Source of the DNA: Octopus sinensis
Lineage: Eukaryota
DNA: 64,000 nucleotides
Direction of reading: 5' to 3'
NCBI RefSeq assembly: GCF_006345805.1
Contig: NC_042999.1
Coordinates: 13,578,001-13,642,000 of the forward strand
Within the stretch, counting starts at the first letter, position 1; every line of letters starts with the position of its first letter. The position numbers were made by a program, and so were the translations under genes. This document shows positions 62,408 to 64,000 of this stretch, in pieces. Below the pieces are notes generated by a model. It saw only the letters and a program-made list of their open reading frames with translations, searched no databases and was not told the DNA's origin.

Positions 62408-63140
62408 GGATAAATTCAAAGTTAAAAATCTTGACTAAGGAAACGATGCAGTGCTGATGTCAGTATATTAATTAACAAATGTTTTCACTGGTTTCACCAT
62501 TTTTAGTTATTTGCTGAGTCCCAGATCAAACCTGGTTGAGTATACCTATAATCAAAAGCATTCTAGTGTTAACCATAATGTTTCTTCTTTTACCAGACAG
62601 TGCATGTAAGATTACATGGCCCAATACCTCCTTCCATTTTCTTAAAAATTGAAGGTTATGATTTGAAGAAGATTTAACTGCTACTTCTAACAGGTTATGT
62701 GACTACATACAAGCCCCGTGTTGCTTGGTTGCTTTGTGTCTTTCAACTCCATTGTCTGGTATACAGTTGACTTTGTTATTCACAATATTATCTGACTTGA
62801 CAAAAAATATCTGTCAAAGACAATTAGTAAGCGAACAACATTTTAATTCTATTTACTGTGTATGTATTTCAATGTTTGTTATACAAACTCCGTTTCATGT
62901 TGATAAAACAAACATTTATTCTTAAACAAATTCAAAGATAAGTTCTTAAAAAACACATTTTGACTGATGTATAATAACATTATCTGAAGACATAGTATAT
63001 ATATTTGGATAACAGACTTGGTCTAGCACCTGTTCAACTGACAAATCTATTGAATATTTCTAACAAAGGTGAAAAAAAGCCAAGTTGTCACACAAACTCA
63101 ATGATTAAAGAACTGAGTTTGTAAACCAAAAATAATGAAG

Positions 63141-63512
63141 AGGCGTAGGAGTGGCTGTGTAGTAAGTAGCTTGCTTACCAACCACATGGTTCAGGGTTCA
63201 GTCCCACTGCGTGGCACCTTGGGTAAGTGTATTCTACTATAACCTCAGGTCGACCAAGACCTTGTGAGTGGATTTGGTAGACGGAAACTGAAAGAAGCCC
63301 GTCATATATATGTGTGTCTGTGTGTTTGTCCCCCCAACATTGCTTGACAACCGATGCTGGTGTGTTTATGTTCCCGTAACTTAGTGGTTCGGCAAAAGAT
63401 ACCGATAGAATAAGTACTGGGCTTACAAAAGAATAAGTCCTGGGGTCGATTTGCTCAACTAAAGGTGGTGCTCCAGCATGGCCACAGTCAAATGACTGAA
63501 ACAAGTAAAAGA
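63141..63512 (+). mobile_element. SINE-A, full length
   Basis: Family motifs. Confidence 0.9.
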
Positions 63513-64000
63513 CTAAACAAGCACCACATTTGTGAGAGGAATCTATCTTAATGATAAGGGGTTAAACATTGAGAGGCCATGAGGATCCATCATCATCATC
63601 GTTTAACGTCCGTTCTCCATGCTAGCATGGGTTGGACGGTTCGACCGGGGATCTGGGAAGCCAGAAGGCTGCACCAGGCTCCAGTTTTATCTGGCAATGT
63701 TTCTACAGCTGGATTCCCTTCCTAACGCCAACCACTCCATGAGTGTAGTGGGTGCTTTTTACGTGCCACCTGTACAGGTGCCAGGCGAGGCTGGCAACGG
63801 CCACGGTCGGATTGGTGTATTTTATGTGCCACCGGCATGGAAGCCAGTCGAGGCGGTGCTGGCATCGGCCACGAGTCGGATAGTGCTTTTTACGTACCAC
63901 CAGACCAGGGATCCTGGCTGGTTCAATTCGATTTCGATTTCGCTTGCCCCAACATGTCTTTGCAAGCAGAGGGGGTTGGCATGGGTGCCTGTCATACGGT

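Overview
AT-rich, repeat-saturated eukaryotic DNA. The mix of SINEs, MITEs and microsatellites is what I associate with Octopus genomes (inference). The only host gene I can support is on the minus strand: nine GT-AG exons (45446 down to 2683) that splice in frame to 273 aa plus a stop codon. This is the C-terminal catalytic domain of a class I cyclic-nucleotide phosphodiesterase of the GAF-containing PDE5/6/11 clade ([49 protein letters not shown]). Its 5' exons lie beyond position 64000. The introns contain several tRNA-headed SINE families, RTE/CR1/Penelope fragments, piggyBac-, pogo-, hAT- and Helitron/Helentron-type non-autonomous elements, long microsatellites and a 5.4-kb 33/66-bp triplet satellite. 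The most interesting observations are: (1) a tRNA-headed SINE-like family and a second short repeat family that both carry minimal type-I hammerhead ribozyme motifs, with a Penelope endonuclease fragment in the same locus; (2) two RFX X-box motifs 55 bp apart in an intron; (3) many long fold-backs that would make dsRNA in the pre-mRNA. Comparisons to known proteins and repeat families are from memory, not computed, and repeat boundaries are approximate to about 10 bp.
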